Source: an uncultured bacterium (GTDB taxonomy: Bacteria > Patescibacteriota > Patescibacteriia > 2-12-FULL-60-25). Taken from it: a DNA stretch of 26,046 nt. Each line of letters begins with the position of its first letter. Position 1 is the stretch's first letter. The stretch covers positions 1 to 26,046 of the forward strand of contig CBDULO010000001.1 of NCBI GenBank assembly GCA_965368095.1, in the 5' to 3' direction. Below, in pieces: positions 14,984 through 23,819 of the stretch. Below the pieces are notes generated by a model. It searched no databases. It was not told the DNA's origin and saw nothing but the letters and a program-made list of their open reading frames with translations. A program made the translations under genes and the position numbers.

Positions 14984-15666
14984 TATGCCCCGAAATATTT
15001 TTCTTTGTAAAATCGAATTAATTGCTCGACTTCCGGAATGCATGTTGGATCCCCCGTTCCGGCCTTTGTTTTCTCCTGTACTTTTTCGAGAGTATCCGCT
15101 CCTTCAAGCACCGCCTCTTCAATATCATGATCCGTAATCTTGAGCACTTTATCAATAATGCGGCCGTGCTCAATTTGCATGCGGTCATGCTGGCCCGATT
15201 TCTTGAAGTAATCATTCACCGCGCTTCGAAGCGCCTTGTCGCCAAGCACAGAACAATGAACCTTTCTCGCGGGAAGCCCCCCAAGGCGCTCCATAATGTC
15301 CTGCGGCCTAAGAGCAAGCGCGTCTTCAACGGTCATCCCCGCTTCTTCGGTGACCATGACGGAAAGCATGGATGTTGAAGCGATCGCGCTCGCACAGCCA
15401 AAGGTTTTCCACTTGAACTCTTTAATGCGCTCCTCTCCGCTATCGCTTTTTTCCACTCGAAGCCACACCTTCATCGCGTCCCCGCAGGCCGGGGAACCCA
15501 CCATGCCAAGATACGCATCCTCCATACCCCCTTCACTAACAAGACAGTTTTTCGGGTGAAAAAAATGCTCTTTTACGGCATCGGTATAAAACCAACCCGC
15601 TTTTTTATTTGCGACGACATCGCCTTTTCTGGCATCGGTTTTTGCTGATTCAATCGGTTGGTTCAT
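14983..15666 (-). CDS. nifU: Fe-S scaffold: NifU/IscU N-domain plus degenerate BFD-like domain (227 aa)
   Basis: YTDAVKEHFFHPKN, GMVGSPACGD, FKWKTFGCASAIAS, LGGLPARKVHCS. C-terminal TLEKVQEKTKAGTGDPTC. Confidence 0.9.
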   Translation of the reverse strand: MNQPIESAKTDARKGDVVANKKAGWFYTDAVKEHFFHPKNCLVSEGGMEDAYLGMVGSPACGDAMKVWLRVEKSDSGEERIKEFKWKTFGCASAIASTSMLSVMVTEEAGMTVEDALALRPQDIMERLGGLPARKVHCSVLGDKALRSAVNDYFKKSGQHDRMQIEHGRIIDKVLKITDHDIEEAVLEGADTLEKVQEKTKAGTGDPTCIPEVEQLIRFYKEKYFGA

Positions 15667-16907
15667 AGGGGGGATTTTTCAAAATATTTCATATCAAGAT
15701 TTACTGGACTCATCTCTCTTAAGCGTTCGACAACCGACGGCATTTTTTCAATTACGTATTGAATATCTTTTTCCGTCGTACCGCGTCCGAGCGTAAAACG
15801 TATCGATCCATGCGCCGCTTCATAAGACAGCCCTGTCGCGAGAATGACATGAGAAGGATCAAGCGAGGTACTCGCACAGGCGGAACCGGTAGAAACCATA
15901 ATGCCTTCCGCATCGAGATAGAGCACGGCCGCCTCCCCTTCAATATCCATAAATGAAATATTCGCGCTATTCGGAAGCCGTTCGGAAGGATGTCCATTCA
16001 AGATCGTTTTCGGAATTTGCAATAATCCTTCCACGAGCCGGTCCCGTAATTGAGTCAACCTCTCCGAATCTTGTTCGCGAGCATGTTCAACCAGCTCCAC
16101 CGCTCTCTGAAGCCCTGCGATCGCCGGAACATTTTCCGTTCCTGAACGAATATTTTTTTCCTGCCCGCCTCCGATCACGCGTGGAGCGAGCCGTATCCCG
16201 CGGCGCACAAATAATACGCCAATGCCTTTTGGTCCGTATATTTTTGATCCATTGAATGTCAGGAGATCGGCATGATTTTTTTCCACGGAAAGTTTTTGAT
16301 ACCCCGCCGACTGACATGCATCGGTATGAAAAAGCGGATAGGGCGTATTTTCAGATTTTCTCCAGCGTAAAATGGCCCGACCAATATCTTCAATGGGCTG
16401 AATACTCCCGATTTCATTATTTGCCGACATAATGGAGACAAGAAGCGTCTCCGGACGAAGCGCTTTTTTTACATCCGTGATACTTACCTGCCCATATCGA
16501 TCAACCGGGAGAATGGAGAGCTCGATTCTTCCTTTTTTCTGAAGGGCGAGAAGCGGTTCAAGAACGGCATGATGCTCAATGGCGCTCGTAATGACATGCG
16601 GAACTTCTTTCCCCGATCTTGCCTGTATAGCGTCACGATGCGCTTTCGTTTCCGGAATCCCAAGAACGGCAAGATTATCCGATTCCGTTCCACCGGATGT
16701 AAAAATAATTTCGTTCTCATGCGCTCCAATAAATTTCGCAACCGCTTTTCTTGCTCTCGTCACCGCCTGTTGCGCGGAAAGTCCCGCGGAATGAAATGAT
16801 GATGGGTTTCCGTAGATTTCTGAAAAGAACGGAAGCATCGCTTCCGTGACGCGCGTATCCGTGGGTGTTGTCGCCGCGTGATCCAAATAGACAATGCGTT
16901 TCTTCAT
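15663..16907 (-). CDS. iscS: group I cysteine desulfurase (IscS/NifS)
   Basis: YLDHAATT, FTSGGTESDN, HTDACQ, PLP Lys in NGSKIYGPKG, RSGTENV, STGSACAS. Confidence 0.95.
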   Translation of the reverse strand: MKKRIVYLDHAATTPTDTRVTEAMLPFFSEIYGNPSSFHSAGLSAQQAVTRARKAVAKFIGAHENEIIFTSGGTESDNLAVLGIPETKAHRDAIQARSGKEVPHVITSAIEHHAVLEPLLALQKKGRIELSILPVDRYGQVSITDVKKALRPETLLVSIMSANNEIGSIQPIEDIGRAILRWRKSENTPYPLFHTDACQSAGYQKLSVEKNHADLLTFNGSKIYGPKGIGVLFVRRGIRLAPRVIGGGQEKNIRSGTENVPAIAGLQRAVELVEHAREQDSERLTQLRDRLVEGLLQIPKTILNGHPSERLPNSANISFMDIEGEAAVLYLDAEGIMVSTGSACASTSLDPSHVILATGLSYEAAHGSIRFTLGRGTTEKDIQYVIEKMPSVVERLREMSPVNLDMKYFEKSPL

Positions 16908-17320
16908 ATATGCAGGGCAATAGATGAGAGTGTTGTCTCATGCAATGACTTAACCATGGTTGCCTGGAGGCCTCTCCAAAGATGCTTGCTTCGACACCTT
17001 GATTCGACCGGGCACGCTATGCCCGCTTGGCATTCGACAAAAGAAATAGGACCTTCAATCGCTTCAATAATTTCACTCGCGGAAATATCTTTCGGATGAC
17101 GCGTGAGTCGATACCCGCCCCCCGGACCTTTCCGTCCTTGAATAAGCCCCGCTTCTTTCAGGCGAAGAGCGATCTCTTCCAAATATCCTGCAGAAATCTC
17201 CATGCGCTCAGCAATATCAGAAAGAGAAACAAACATATCGCCTTCAAAAAGAATAGCCAGCTCCGTCATAAGAATAAGGCCGCTATGGTGTCGTTCGGAA
17301 ACGCGAAATAATGAATTCAT
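16904..17320 (-). CDS. iscR: Rrf2-family regulator, IscR type
   Basis: SLSDIAERMEISAGYLEEI...GLI-G-KGPGGGYRL, C-x5-C-x5-C (CQAGIACPVESRC) as in IscR, first gene of the Fe-S operon. Confidence 0.8.
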   Translation of the reverse strand: MNSLFRVSERHHSGLILMTELAILFEGDMFVSLSDIAERMEISAGYLEEIALRLKEAGLIQGRKGPGGGYRLTRHPKDISASEIIEAIEGPISFVECQAGIACPVESRCRSKHLWRGLQATMVKSLHETTLSSIALHI

Positions 17321-17321
17321 A

Positions 17322-17346
17322 AAAACCTAGCTTGTGGCTAGGAATT
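17322..17346. promoter_or_regulatory. putative Rrf2/IscR autoregulatory operator
   Basis: Dyad CCTAGC-N5-GCTAGG (17326-17342) with AT-rich flanks, 5 nt upstream of the regulator ATG. Confidence 0.45.
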
Positions 17347-17367
17347 TACGTTTTATATCAATCTTCG

Positions 17368-17814
17368 TCAAGCCGCGGCGCTTGTCTCCTCTTCCTTTTT
17401 CTTCTGACCTTGATGTGACCAATAAATGGCAAGGACAATAAAAGTAAATGTCACGAGCGACAATTGAGGAATATCAAAGCCAAACCAGTCTAAGTACCTT
17501 GTTGAACAAGAAACGCCAACCGTACAAGGGGCTGCCGATTCCGGAATCAGATGATAATACAGGAGATTCTGATACAAGCCGATCAGCCAGCCGACAATGG
17601 CGAATGGATACGCGTATATGTGTACGCGTTTATCTTCAATCAGCATGCCGGCCAAAAGAATCACAACCAATGGATACATGGCGATGCGTTGATACCAGCA
17701 CAATACGCAAGGCGGAAGCTTCATCACCTCGCTAAAAAAGAGCGAGCCGGCCGTTGCGGCTACCGATAGGAGAAAGGCGAATGGAATCGCGAACTTTTGC
17801 TGTAGCATCTTCAT
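17368..17814 (-). CDS. dsbB: disulfide bond formation protein, DsbB/BdbC family
   Basis: GSLFFSEVM-LPPCVLCWYQRI-MYP, second Cys pair CTVGVSC, four hydrophobic segments. Confidence 0.92.
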   Translation of the reverse strand: MKMLQQKFAIPFAFLLSVAATAGSLFFSEVMKLPPCVLCWYQRIAMYPLVVILLAGMLIEDKRVHIYAYPFAIVGWLIGLYQNLLYYHLIPESAAPCTVGVSCSTRYLDWFGFDIPQLSLVTFTFIVLAIYWSHQGQKKKEEETSAAA

Positions 17815-18281
17815 ATTTGCTGGAGTGAAATTAGCCCGATAATAACTCGATCTTTCGCGACAAGAAATGTCTCCTTATTATCAGCGAAATGGAGCCGTAA
17901 CATATTTAACAATGATGACGGTATCTCAATTCCCTCAGATTGGAAATAGTCGGCATATCCAAACCAAAACTCTCCCAAATCGCTTTTCCCGATAAATACT
18001 TTTTGCGGAATATAGTCTACATCCTCCAATCCCATAGGGGTCACAAGCATATCCGTACTCCGAGAAAGCAGGGCTTGCGCGAGTTCATGGCATTCGGAAT
18101 TCATGACAAGCCCGGAGCTGATGCATATGAGGTCGCTGGCCGGAATACCCATTTCTGGAAAAATATCGGAAACCTCAATGGATACGGCCGATTCATTTGC
18201 AATAAGTTCTTGTCCAACCCTCGTTTTCTTACGAAAACGCCCAATCGTGCTATCAGCCAGATGCTTTAGCGTATCCTTCAT
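17811..18281 (-). CDS. stand-alone protein resembling the nucleotide-binding (N) domain of P1B heavy-metal ATPases (156 aa)
   Basis: SECHELAQAL resembles SEHPLA-AI; LEDVDYIPQK resembles VEDFE-IPGKG; EGIEIP; ETFLVAKDRVIIGLISL resembles TVVFVA-DG--IGLIAL. No TM segments and no DKTGT. ATGA overlap with dsbB. Confidence 0.55.
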   Translation of the reverse strand: MKDTLKHLADSTIGRFRKKTRVGQELIANESAVSIEVSDIFPEMGIPASDLICISSGLVMNSECHELAQALLSRSTDMLVTPMGLEDVDYIPQKVFIGKSDLGEFWFGYADYFQSEGIEIPSSLLNMLRLHFADNKETFLVAKDRVIIGLISLQQI

Positions 18282-18297
18282 AATATCCGCAGTATAG

Positions 18298-18330
18298 CAA
18301 AATCCCCCAGCGCATACAGCCACCGGGGGA
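18298..18330 (-). terminator. intrinsic terminator after the pilin gene
   Basis: Minus strand TCCCCCGG...CTGGGGGA-TTTT. Confidence 0.6.
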
Positions 18331-18347
18331 ATTTCTTGAAAAACGAA

Positions 18348-18806
18348 TTATCGAGTGACCTCAATCGTTTCACTCAGCTCTGCATTTGGAGCAGAAACCG
18401 TGATGCGAGCATTGGTCGAAGTACTTCTGACAATAAAGTAGCCCGTTCCCGTTGTCGATGTTTCCGTTGGATCAATCGGCATGCCAACGACATAGAGTTC
18501 ATCGGCATATAGCGCGCTCAAGGCAACTCCGCCCGTACAACTGGATGTCGCGACATCGCTTCGGCAAACCTCGAGAGCGGTTGTACCGATGCCTGAAGGC
18601 AATACGCCTGAGTTATCGATCGTATACTGATACACGGCATTCAAAATCGTATTCACATCGCTTCGTCGCTGAGCATTATTGCTCTGCGCAAGCTGACGAG
18701 ATGGATTAATCGCGATAATAACGATCGCGGCGAGAATGGCGATAATGGCGATCACCAAGAGGAGCTCGATGAGGGTAAACCCTTTTTGAAGTTGCTGTTT
18801 TTTCAT
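18348..18806 (-). CDS. type IV pilin, probable major pilin (152 aa)
   Basis: KG/FTLIELLLVIAIIAILAAIVIIAINP...RRSDV--ILNA (CPR-type pilin), one Cys pair, terminator downstream. Confidence 0.92.
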   Translation of the reverse strand: MKKQQLQKGFTLIELLLVIAIIAILAAIVIIAINPSRQLAQSNNAQRRSDVNTILNAVYQYTIDNSGVLPSGIGTTALEVCRSDVATSSCTGGVALSALYADELYVVGMPIDPTETSTTGTGYFIVRSTSTNARITVSAPNAELSETIEVTR

Positions 18807-18840
18807 AGGTATAAAATAATTCTGTTCGAAGTATAGCAAA

Positions 18841-19887
18841 TTAATCTGGAATCACAAAGCTTAACCCCAGCTTGGGATTCTTTGCGCGCATCGCGAGGCC
18901 GGCTAATACAGCCGTGATATCATTTTCCATCTCATCCGTTGAAAGCGGCATCTCAGGCAAGGTGACTTGAAGACCTATCTTCTCGGTTAAAAATGCGTCC
19001 AATCCCTTCATCTGACCGGCGCCGCCCGAAAGCAATACGGTGGTTACCTTGCGCTTTGTTTTCCCCTCATAATACGCTCGCGCCTCCATAAATTCTTTGA
19101 TAAGCGGATCATATATTTTTTCCACAATCTCCTTCACCTCGCCCTTCAGCCCGTCTTTAATCTTCTTTTTCTCCGCTCGACCGGCGGTAAGCTTTTTCTT
19201 TTTCGCCAATGCCTCGGTAATCATCATCCCGCCGATGGCTTTCGAAATAGAAAGCTGCTGACCGAGCGCGTCCGCAAAAACCATGCGTGTTCCGCGCCCG
19301 CCGATATCAATAATAGCCACCGCCTTCTCTTCCTCCACCAGATCTTTTGAAACAAGCGCCCGCGTCAACGACGTCGCCTCGGGTTCAAGCGCAATGAGAT
19401 CCAAGCCTGCGAGCATGACGGTATTCGCATAAGCCTGCACAATCTCCTTTCGAACGGCAGCGAATAAAATATCATGCTCAAGCTCTCCCGTTGAAAGAAT
19501 ATTATAGTCCCAGGCAATTGTTTCCAGGGTAAATGGGAGAAAATTTGTTGCTTTCTTCAGTACAAGCGCGTCCAGCTCCTCTCCATTAAGTTCTTTTGGG
19601 GCCGTCACATGCATGGAATACACCTGTGCCTCAGGAACGCCGACAATCACTTTATTCGAAGAAACTTTTTTCGGCCCGGCTTCTTCCACAAGCGTTCGAA
19701 TGAGTTCAGAGACGGCTTCTTGGTCTTTAATTTCCGCATGTTGAATCAATCCTTCAGGAACTTCGACCTCGGAGGTGGAACGGATTTGCTTTCCGCCCGC
19801 GCCGCCCAGGGCCAATAACCTCAAAGATCGATCCGAAAGATCGATTGCAAACGCACCTGGTCCAAAAAGTCCGGAAAGCCAAGACAT
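18841..19887 (-). CDS. pilM: type IV pilus assembly protein PilM (348 aa)
   Basis: AIDLSDRSLR, AALEPEA-type ALEPEATSL, IIDIGGRGT, LLSGGAGQMKGL actin-like motifs. Confidence 0.9.
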   Translation of the reverse strand: MSWLSGLFGPGAFAIDLSDRSLRLLALGGAGGKQIRSTSEVEVPEGLIQHAEIKDQEAVSELIRTLVEEAGPKKVSSNKVIVGVPEAQVYSMHVTAPKELNGEELDALVLKKATNFLPFTLETIAWDYNILSTGELEHDILFAAVRKEIVQAYANTVMLAGLDLIALEPEATSLTRALVSKDLVEEEKAVAIIDIGGRGTRMVFADALGQQLSISKAIGGMMITEALAKKKKLTAGRAEKKKIKDGLKGEVKEIVEKIYDPLIKEFMEARAYYEGKTKRKVTTVLLSGGAGQMKGLDAFLTEKIGLQVTLPEMPLSTDEMENDITAVLAGLAMRAKNPKLGLSFVIPD

Positions 19888-19889
19888 AG

Positions 19890-20285
19890 TTAGAAGTTTA
19901 TCACATCTTGCCAAGCCGTGATGCTCAATGCGGGTTGAACCGTCGCGACATCAACTTGAATCTTTCGCGTGATGCCGAGCACGGTACTCGTTGTTTGCAC
20001 CGTGCGATCCGTATTCCCCGTGCCGCCGACAGAAAGCACATAACATGTATCATCGCTGACATTCAGCAGCTCGCCGCCCGCATAACTTGTCGAATTGAGG
20101 AGTTCGTATAAGGCATATTCAGCGCAAGCGGTTGCCGCGGCATGCGCCCTTTCCGACGCCTCTTCTTGAATACGGACCGTCGCCACTCCCGTGGCGCGAA
20201 ATAGGCCGCTCGTTAAAAATAAAACCATCACCGCCGCTAAAACGAGGACGGTCAGCAATGCTACATACCCTTCTTGATATCTCAT
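19890..20285 (-). CDS. minor pilin, PilX-like
   Basis: EG/YVALLTVLVLAAVMV N-terminus lacking Glu5, followed by A--AA-ACAEYAL. Confidence 0.75.
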   Translation of the reverse strand: MRYQEGYVALLTVLVLAAVMVLFLTSGLFRATGVATVRIQEEASERAHAAATACAEYALYELLNSTSYAGGELLNVSDDTCYVLSVGGTGNTDRTVQTTSTVLGITRKIQVDVATVQPALSITAWQDVINF

Positions 20286-20791
20286 AAGCGCCTTCTAATG
20301 GTTGCTGAACCGGTAAAAACCTTTCCGGTATCTTCTCCTACACCGATATCAGCCTCCGTTGAACTGACAGACATCTCTATTCTAATACTTCCGGGAGAAC
20401 TCGTTGCGGAAACATTTGTAAAAACTAAATTCATGATCCGGATTTCATTTGCTGTCAGCGTAGACGTGGCCGCCGTCCCGGCTTTCATTTTTAATACCTC
20501 GTCTTCCACAAGAAAAATCGTTGGGTTTGAGGAGGTCGCCGCCATCACAAGCGTAAGCTGAGAGCTCGTCGTCCCTTGTGCGGGTAATGTCACACTTTCC
20601 GCATTTCGAATGCTTGTGAGCATTCTTGTCATCGCAGCCGTTCCGCCCTCATTCACTTCGTGAAGCTCATCTGTTTTTTGCACGCCCTGCAATACCTGGA
20701 TAAGAAGCGCGGATGAAATCAATAAGAAGACACTGATAATCAGCACGTAAAAAAGGGTCTCGATCAATGTAAATCCTTCTCGATATTTCAT
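20282..20791 (-). CDS. minor pilin, PilW/GspJ-like (169 aa)
   Basis: EG/FTLIETLFYV prepilin motif from ATG 20791. Confidence 0.85.
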   Translation of the reverse strand: MKYREGFTLIETLFYVLIISVFLLISSALLIQVLQGVQKTDELHEVNEGGTAAMTRMLTSIRNAESVTLPAQGTTSSQLTLVMAATSSNPTIFLVEDEVLKMKAGTAATSTLTANEIRIMNLVFTNVSATSSPGSIRIEMSVSSTEADIGVGEDTGKVFTGSATIRRRL

Positions 20792-20792
20792 A

Positions 20793-22193
20793 CTACGGTC
20801 CCGGAATAAGGATATAGACTTCATTCGCATTATTCGGCGTCGCGACAAAAGCTCGCTGAGTCGATACAGCCATGCCATCCGCATCCCCGGCTAAATTAAA
20901 TGTCGCAATGACATCAATGGTATTCGGATCACTCATATCGATCACCAGCAATTCATTTGCATTGTCATCCACTCCCACGAATACCAAATCATTCGCCACG
21001 CGTATGACATTCACGCTGTCATAGTCGGTTGAAGTGATTGTCGTCGGAGACGTCGGCGTGGAAATATTCACCACATAAAATTCATCCGCACCGCCGCGTC
21101 CCGCCGTTCCCAAATACGCAACCGTTCCTGAAACAGCCACGGCAAAGGCATTCGCCGCGCCCGTAAGATTCAAGGAGCCGCCGACCCCCATACTGCCGGG
21201 AACCGTCACATTCACCGCTTGAAGTTCTTGAGAATTGCTTTCACTTGCAATAAACGCAAAGTCTGTGCCTGTTTCAGATAGCGCGACGTCATATTCTCCC
21301 GCCCCCAAATTCGCGCTTCCAAGCAAGCTCGGACTTCCGGGCGTTGAAATATCATATACGTAAAATACAGGGTTGCTTCCGGCATTATTTCTTGTCAGAT
21401 ATAAACGATTTCCTTTAATCGCCACATCGCGTCCATCGCCGCCGCCGGCAAGGTCGAAAGATGTTGCAATACTCGGGCTCGATAAATTGGAAACATCGAT
21501 CACATACAGCTCGGTCCCTCCCGTCGCGACATAGGCATAGGTTCCCGTGACCGCCACGCCCCACGCATGCCCGTCCAAACCAAGCGATCCCAAAACAGTC
21601 GGACTCGTAGAGCTGGTCGCATCAATAATGTAAAACTCATCTTGCGCGGAAGTGCGCCTGCCGATAAACCCAATGGTTCCGCTTACCGCCGCGGAAATAG
21701 CATTTGAAGTTCCGGCGAGATCCACCGTGGACGCAATAGATGGATTCGTCCAATCTCCCACCGGCGCCGCAATGGTCTTTTGCCAATTTTTAATAATGGT
21801 CGCGAGAACAACCGAGCGCGTCTGCCCGCCATCGACCCAGCTCACCGTGGATGTCACATAGCGCGTATCAGCATCTGGTTCAGAAATTTCAATGGTGCGT
21901 GAAAAGATTGCCGTTGTATCGCTTGTTCCAGAAAAATTCCATTGTGAACCTGAAAGAGCGAGACCATGCGTTCCCGCCGTCAATTCAGCAAAGCTTCGAT
22001 CGCGAATCGCGCGCACAGCCTCAATCCCTTCTTGCGCCATACGAAATCCATCCGTTCGATTACTCGCATGAAAACTACCTCTGTACACATCCACAAAAGC
22101 AAGCACCACCGCCCCCATTAGTAATGAAAATATCGCGACGGCTAATAATACCTCGATCAAGCTCTGTCCTTTTTCAAATCGCATCTTTTTCAT
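20793..22193 (-). CDS. minor pilin fused to an LVIVD-repeat beta-propeller (putative tip adhesin, 466 aa)
   Basis: KG/QSLIEVLLAV prepilin motif. Repeats such as AWGVAVTGTYAYVA...LYVIDVSNLSSP, FYVYDISTPGSP, LLVIDMSDPNT. Confidence 0.88.
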   Translation of the reverse strand: MKKMRFEKGQSLIEVLLAVAIFSLLMGAVVLAFVDVYRGSFHASNRTDGFRMAQEGIEAVRAIRDRSFAELTAGTHGLALSGSQWNFSGTSDTTAIFSRTIEISEPDADTRYVTSTVSWVDGGQTRSVVLATIIKNWQKTIAAPVGDWTNPSIASTVDLAGTSNAISAAVSGTIGFIGRRTSAQDEFYIIDATSSTSPTVLGSLGLDGHAWGVAVTGTYAYVATGGTELYVIDVSNLSSPSIATSFDLAGGGDGRDVAIKGNRLYLTRNNAGSNPVFYVYDISTPGSPSLLGSANLGAGEYDVALSETGTDFAFIASESNSQELQAVNVTVPGSMGVGGSLNLTGAANAFAVAVSGTVAYLGTAGRGGADEFYVVNISTPTSPTTITSTDYDSVNVIRVANDLVFVGVDDNANELLVIDMSDPNTIDVIATFNLAGDADGMAVSTQRAFVATPNNANEVYILIPGP

Positions 22194-22194
22194 A

Positions 22195-22671
22195 TTAGTC
22201 AACTTCAATATTTCCTGACGAACGAATATGTAAATTCCTATAGAGCGTTCCCGCATAAATCGACCACACTTCATCAACAGTTGATGTGCCGTATAATTGA
22301 GAAAAGACAACCTCGGTTGTTGTGGCCGCAAGTGTCACCGACGGCGAAAAATGATATACCTGATCTTCCGTCACCGTTCTCGTCGCATAATCATCTCCTT
22401 GAAAAAGAACATAAGTGCTCGAAGCTGGGAAGACGCGAACACCATGCGGAGCATCGCCGAGATTTGCCACGGCATATGAGCGTGCGATATCAAGCGTGTC
22501 TTGAAGCTGCTTCGACGTATCAGTCACAAGTTGATTTTGATAAAACTGAAAAGCAAATGGAGCGCTAATCGCAAGAATAGCCACGCCAATAGCAATGACC
22601 ATTAATAATTCCAAAAGGGAAAACCCCGAGGCAAATTTAGTTCCGCAATGTAACTCCAGACGTAATTTCAT
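22195..22671 (-). CDS. minor pilin, FimT/GspH-like
   Basis: SG/FSLLELLMVIAI prepilin motif. Probable ATG 22671 overlaps the pilC end. Confidence 0.85.
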   Translation of the reverse strand: MKLRLELHCGTKFASGFSLLELLMVIAIGVAILAISAPFAFQFYQNQLVTDTSKQLQDTLDIARSYAVANLGDAPHGVRVFPASSTYVLFQGDDYATRTVTEDQVYHFSPSVTLAATTTEVVFSQLYGTSTVDEVWSIYAGTLYRNLHIRSSGNIEVD

Positions 22672-23740
22672 AAATCGGCATAATGATGGCCAGCGCAACA
22701 AAGAGCACGATGAGAGCGATAACGAATAAAAGAAGAGGCTCCATGATGGTAGGGAGGCGTCGCGTCGCCGTCTCTACTTCACGATCGTAAAATCGTGCGA
22801 GATAATCAAAACTTTCATCGAGCTTCCCGCTTTTCTCACCAACCGAAAGAAGAGCGATGGTTTGCTGTGGAAAGAAATGTGGGTCTTTTCCTAAGATAAC
22901 CGAGAGCGGAACGCCGGCGGAAAGACGTTTTCTCGCTTTCTTCAGCACCTGCTGATACCGAAGATTCGTTACGGCGTCCCCCGTCGCTTCAAGCGAGTCT
23001 TGAATGGTCAATCCGCTTTTAAAAAGCGCTCCAAATACCTGGCTGAATAATGCCAGTTGATAATCTCGCAAGATTTCTCCAAGTAAAGGCAAATGGAGCG
23101 CCGCCGTATGCATGAATAATTTGACGGGTTTCAAGCGCAAAAGCAAGAAGTACACAATGACGAGAGCAGCGATGACAAGAGCAACGAGAATGCCATTATT
23201 CTGAAGAAAATCCGACGTCGCGAGAAGAATGCGCGTCAAAAGCGGAAGCTTCACATTCAGCGAGGTGAAGAGCGGAACAAGCCGCGGCAAAATAAAAATG
23301 GAAATTCCACCGCCAATGACAACGGCCATGGCAAAAACAAGTTCCGGATAAATTAAGGCGGTTTGAATCTTTTGCTTCAATTCCTGTTGCCGCTGTAAAA
23401 GATTTGCAAGATAGCGAATATTATCTTCCAATGTTCCATTCACTTCTCCAGCTTTAATAATATTTACCGAAAGATCGCCAAAGACATATTTCGCCCCCTC
23501 CATCGCTTCCGCAAAGGCCGTCCCACCCTCAACCTGCGCCTTCATGCGTTGAAGCACTTTTTTAAATCCGGGCGAACGTGTTTCCGCGGCTAGAACCTCC
23601 AATGCTTCATTAATCGGAATGCCGCTCTTCACCATGAGAGCAAGATTTTCAAAAAAGTTCGGAATGAGCGACCGATAAGAAGCAGCGGTAATCGAACGAA
23701 AAAAAGGAACTTGCATCCCTTTCATTATAACATGACTCAT
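22637..23740 (-). CDS. pilC: type IV pilus platform protein PilC/GspF
   Basis: Two T2SSF repeats (LALMVKSGIPI-EAL...AGE--G-L; GE-SG-LDE), AL-YP, MEPLL...IIMPIY. Exact start uncertain. Confidence 0.93.
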   Translation of the reverse strand: MSHVIMKGMQVPFFRSITAASYRSLIPNFFENLALMVKSGIPINEALEVLAAETRSPGFKKVLQRMKAQVEGGTAFAEAMEGAKYVFGDLSVNIIKAGEVNGTLEDNIRYLANLLQRQQELKQKIQTALIYPELVFAMAVVIGGGISIFILPRLVPLFTSLNVKLPLLTRILLATSDFLQNNGILVALVIAALVIVYFLLLRLKPVKLFMHTAALHLPLLGEILRDYQLALFSQVFGALFKSGLTIQDSLEATGDAVTNLRYQQVLKKARKRLSAGVPLSVILGKDPHFFPQQTIALLSVGEKSGKLDESFDYLARFYDREVETATRRLPTIMEPLLLFVIALIVLFVALAIIMPIYEITSGVTLRN

Positions 23741-23779
23741 AGCACCCGACTCTTGGACTTCTCGGCCATCTGACACTCA

Positions 23780-23817
23780 CTCCAAACTCCCAGCTCCTAA
23801 CCCCAAGCTCCAAGCTA
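23780..23817. repeat. five imperfect tandem heptamers
   Basis: CTCCAAA CTCCCAG CTCCTAA CCCCAAG CTCCAAG in the pilB-pilC spacer. Confidence 0.65.
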
Positions 23818-23819
23818 TT

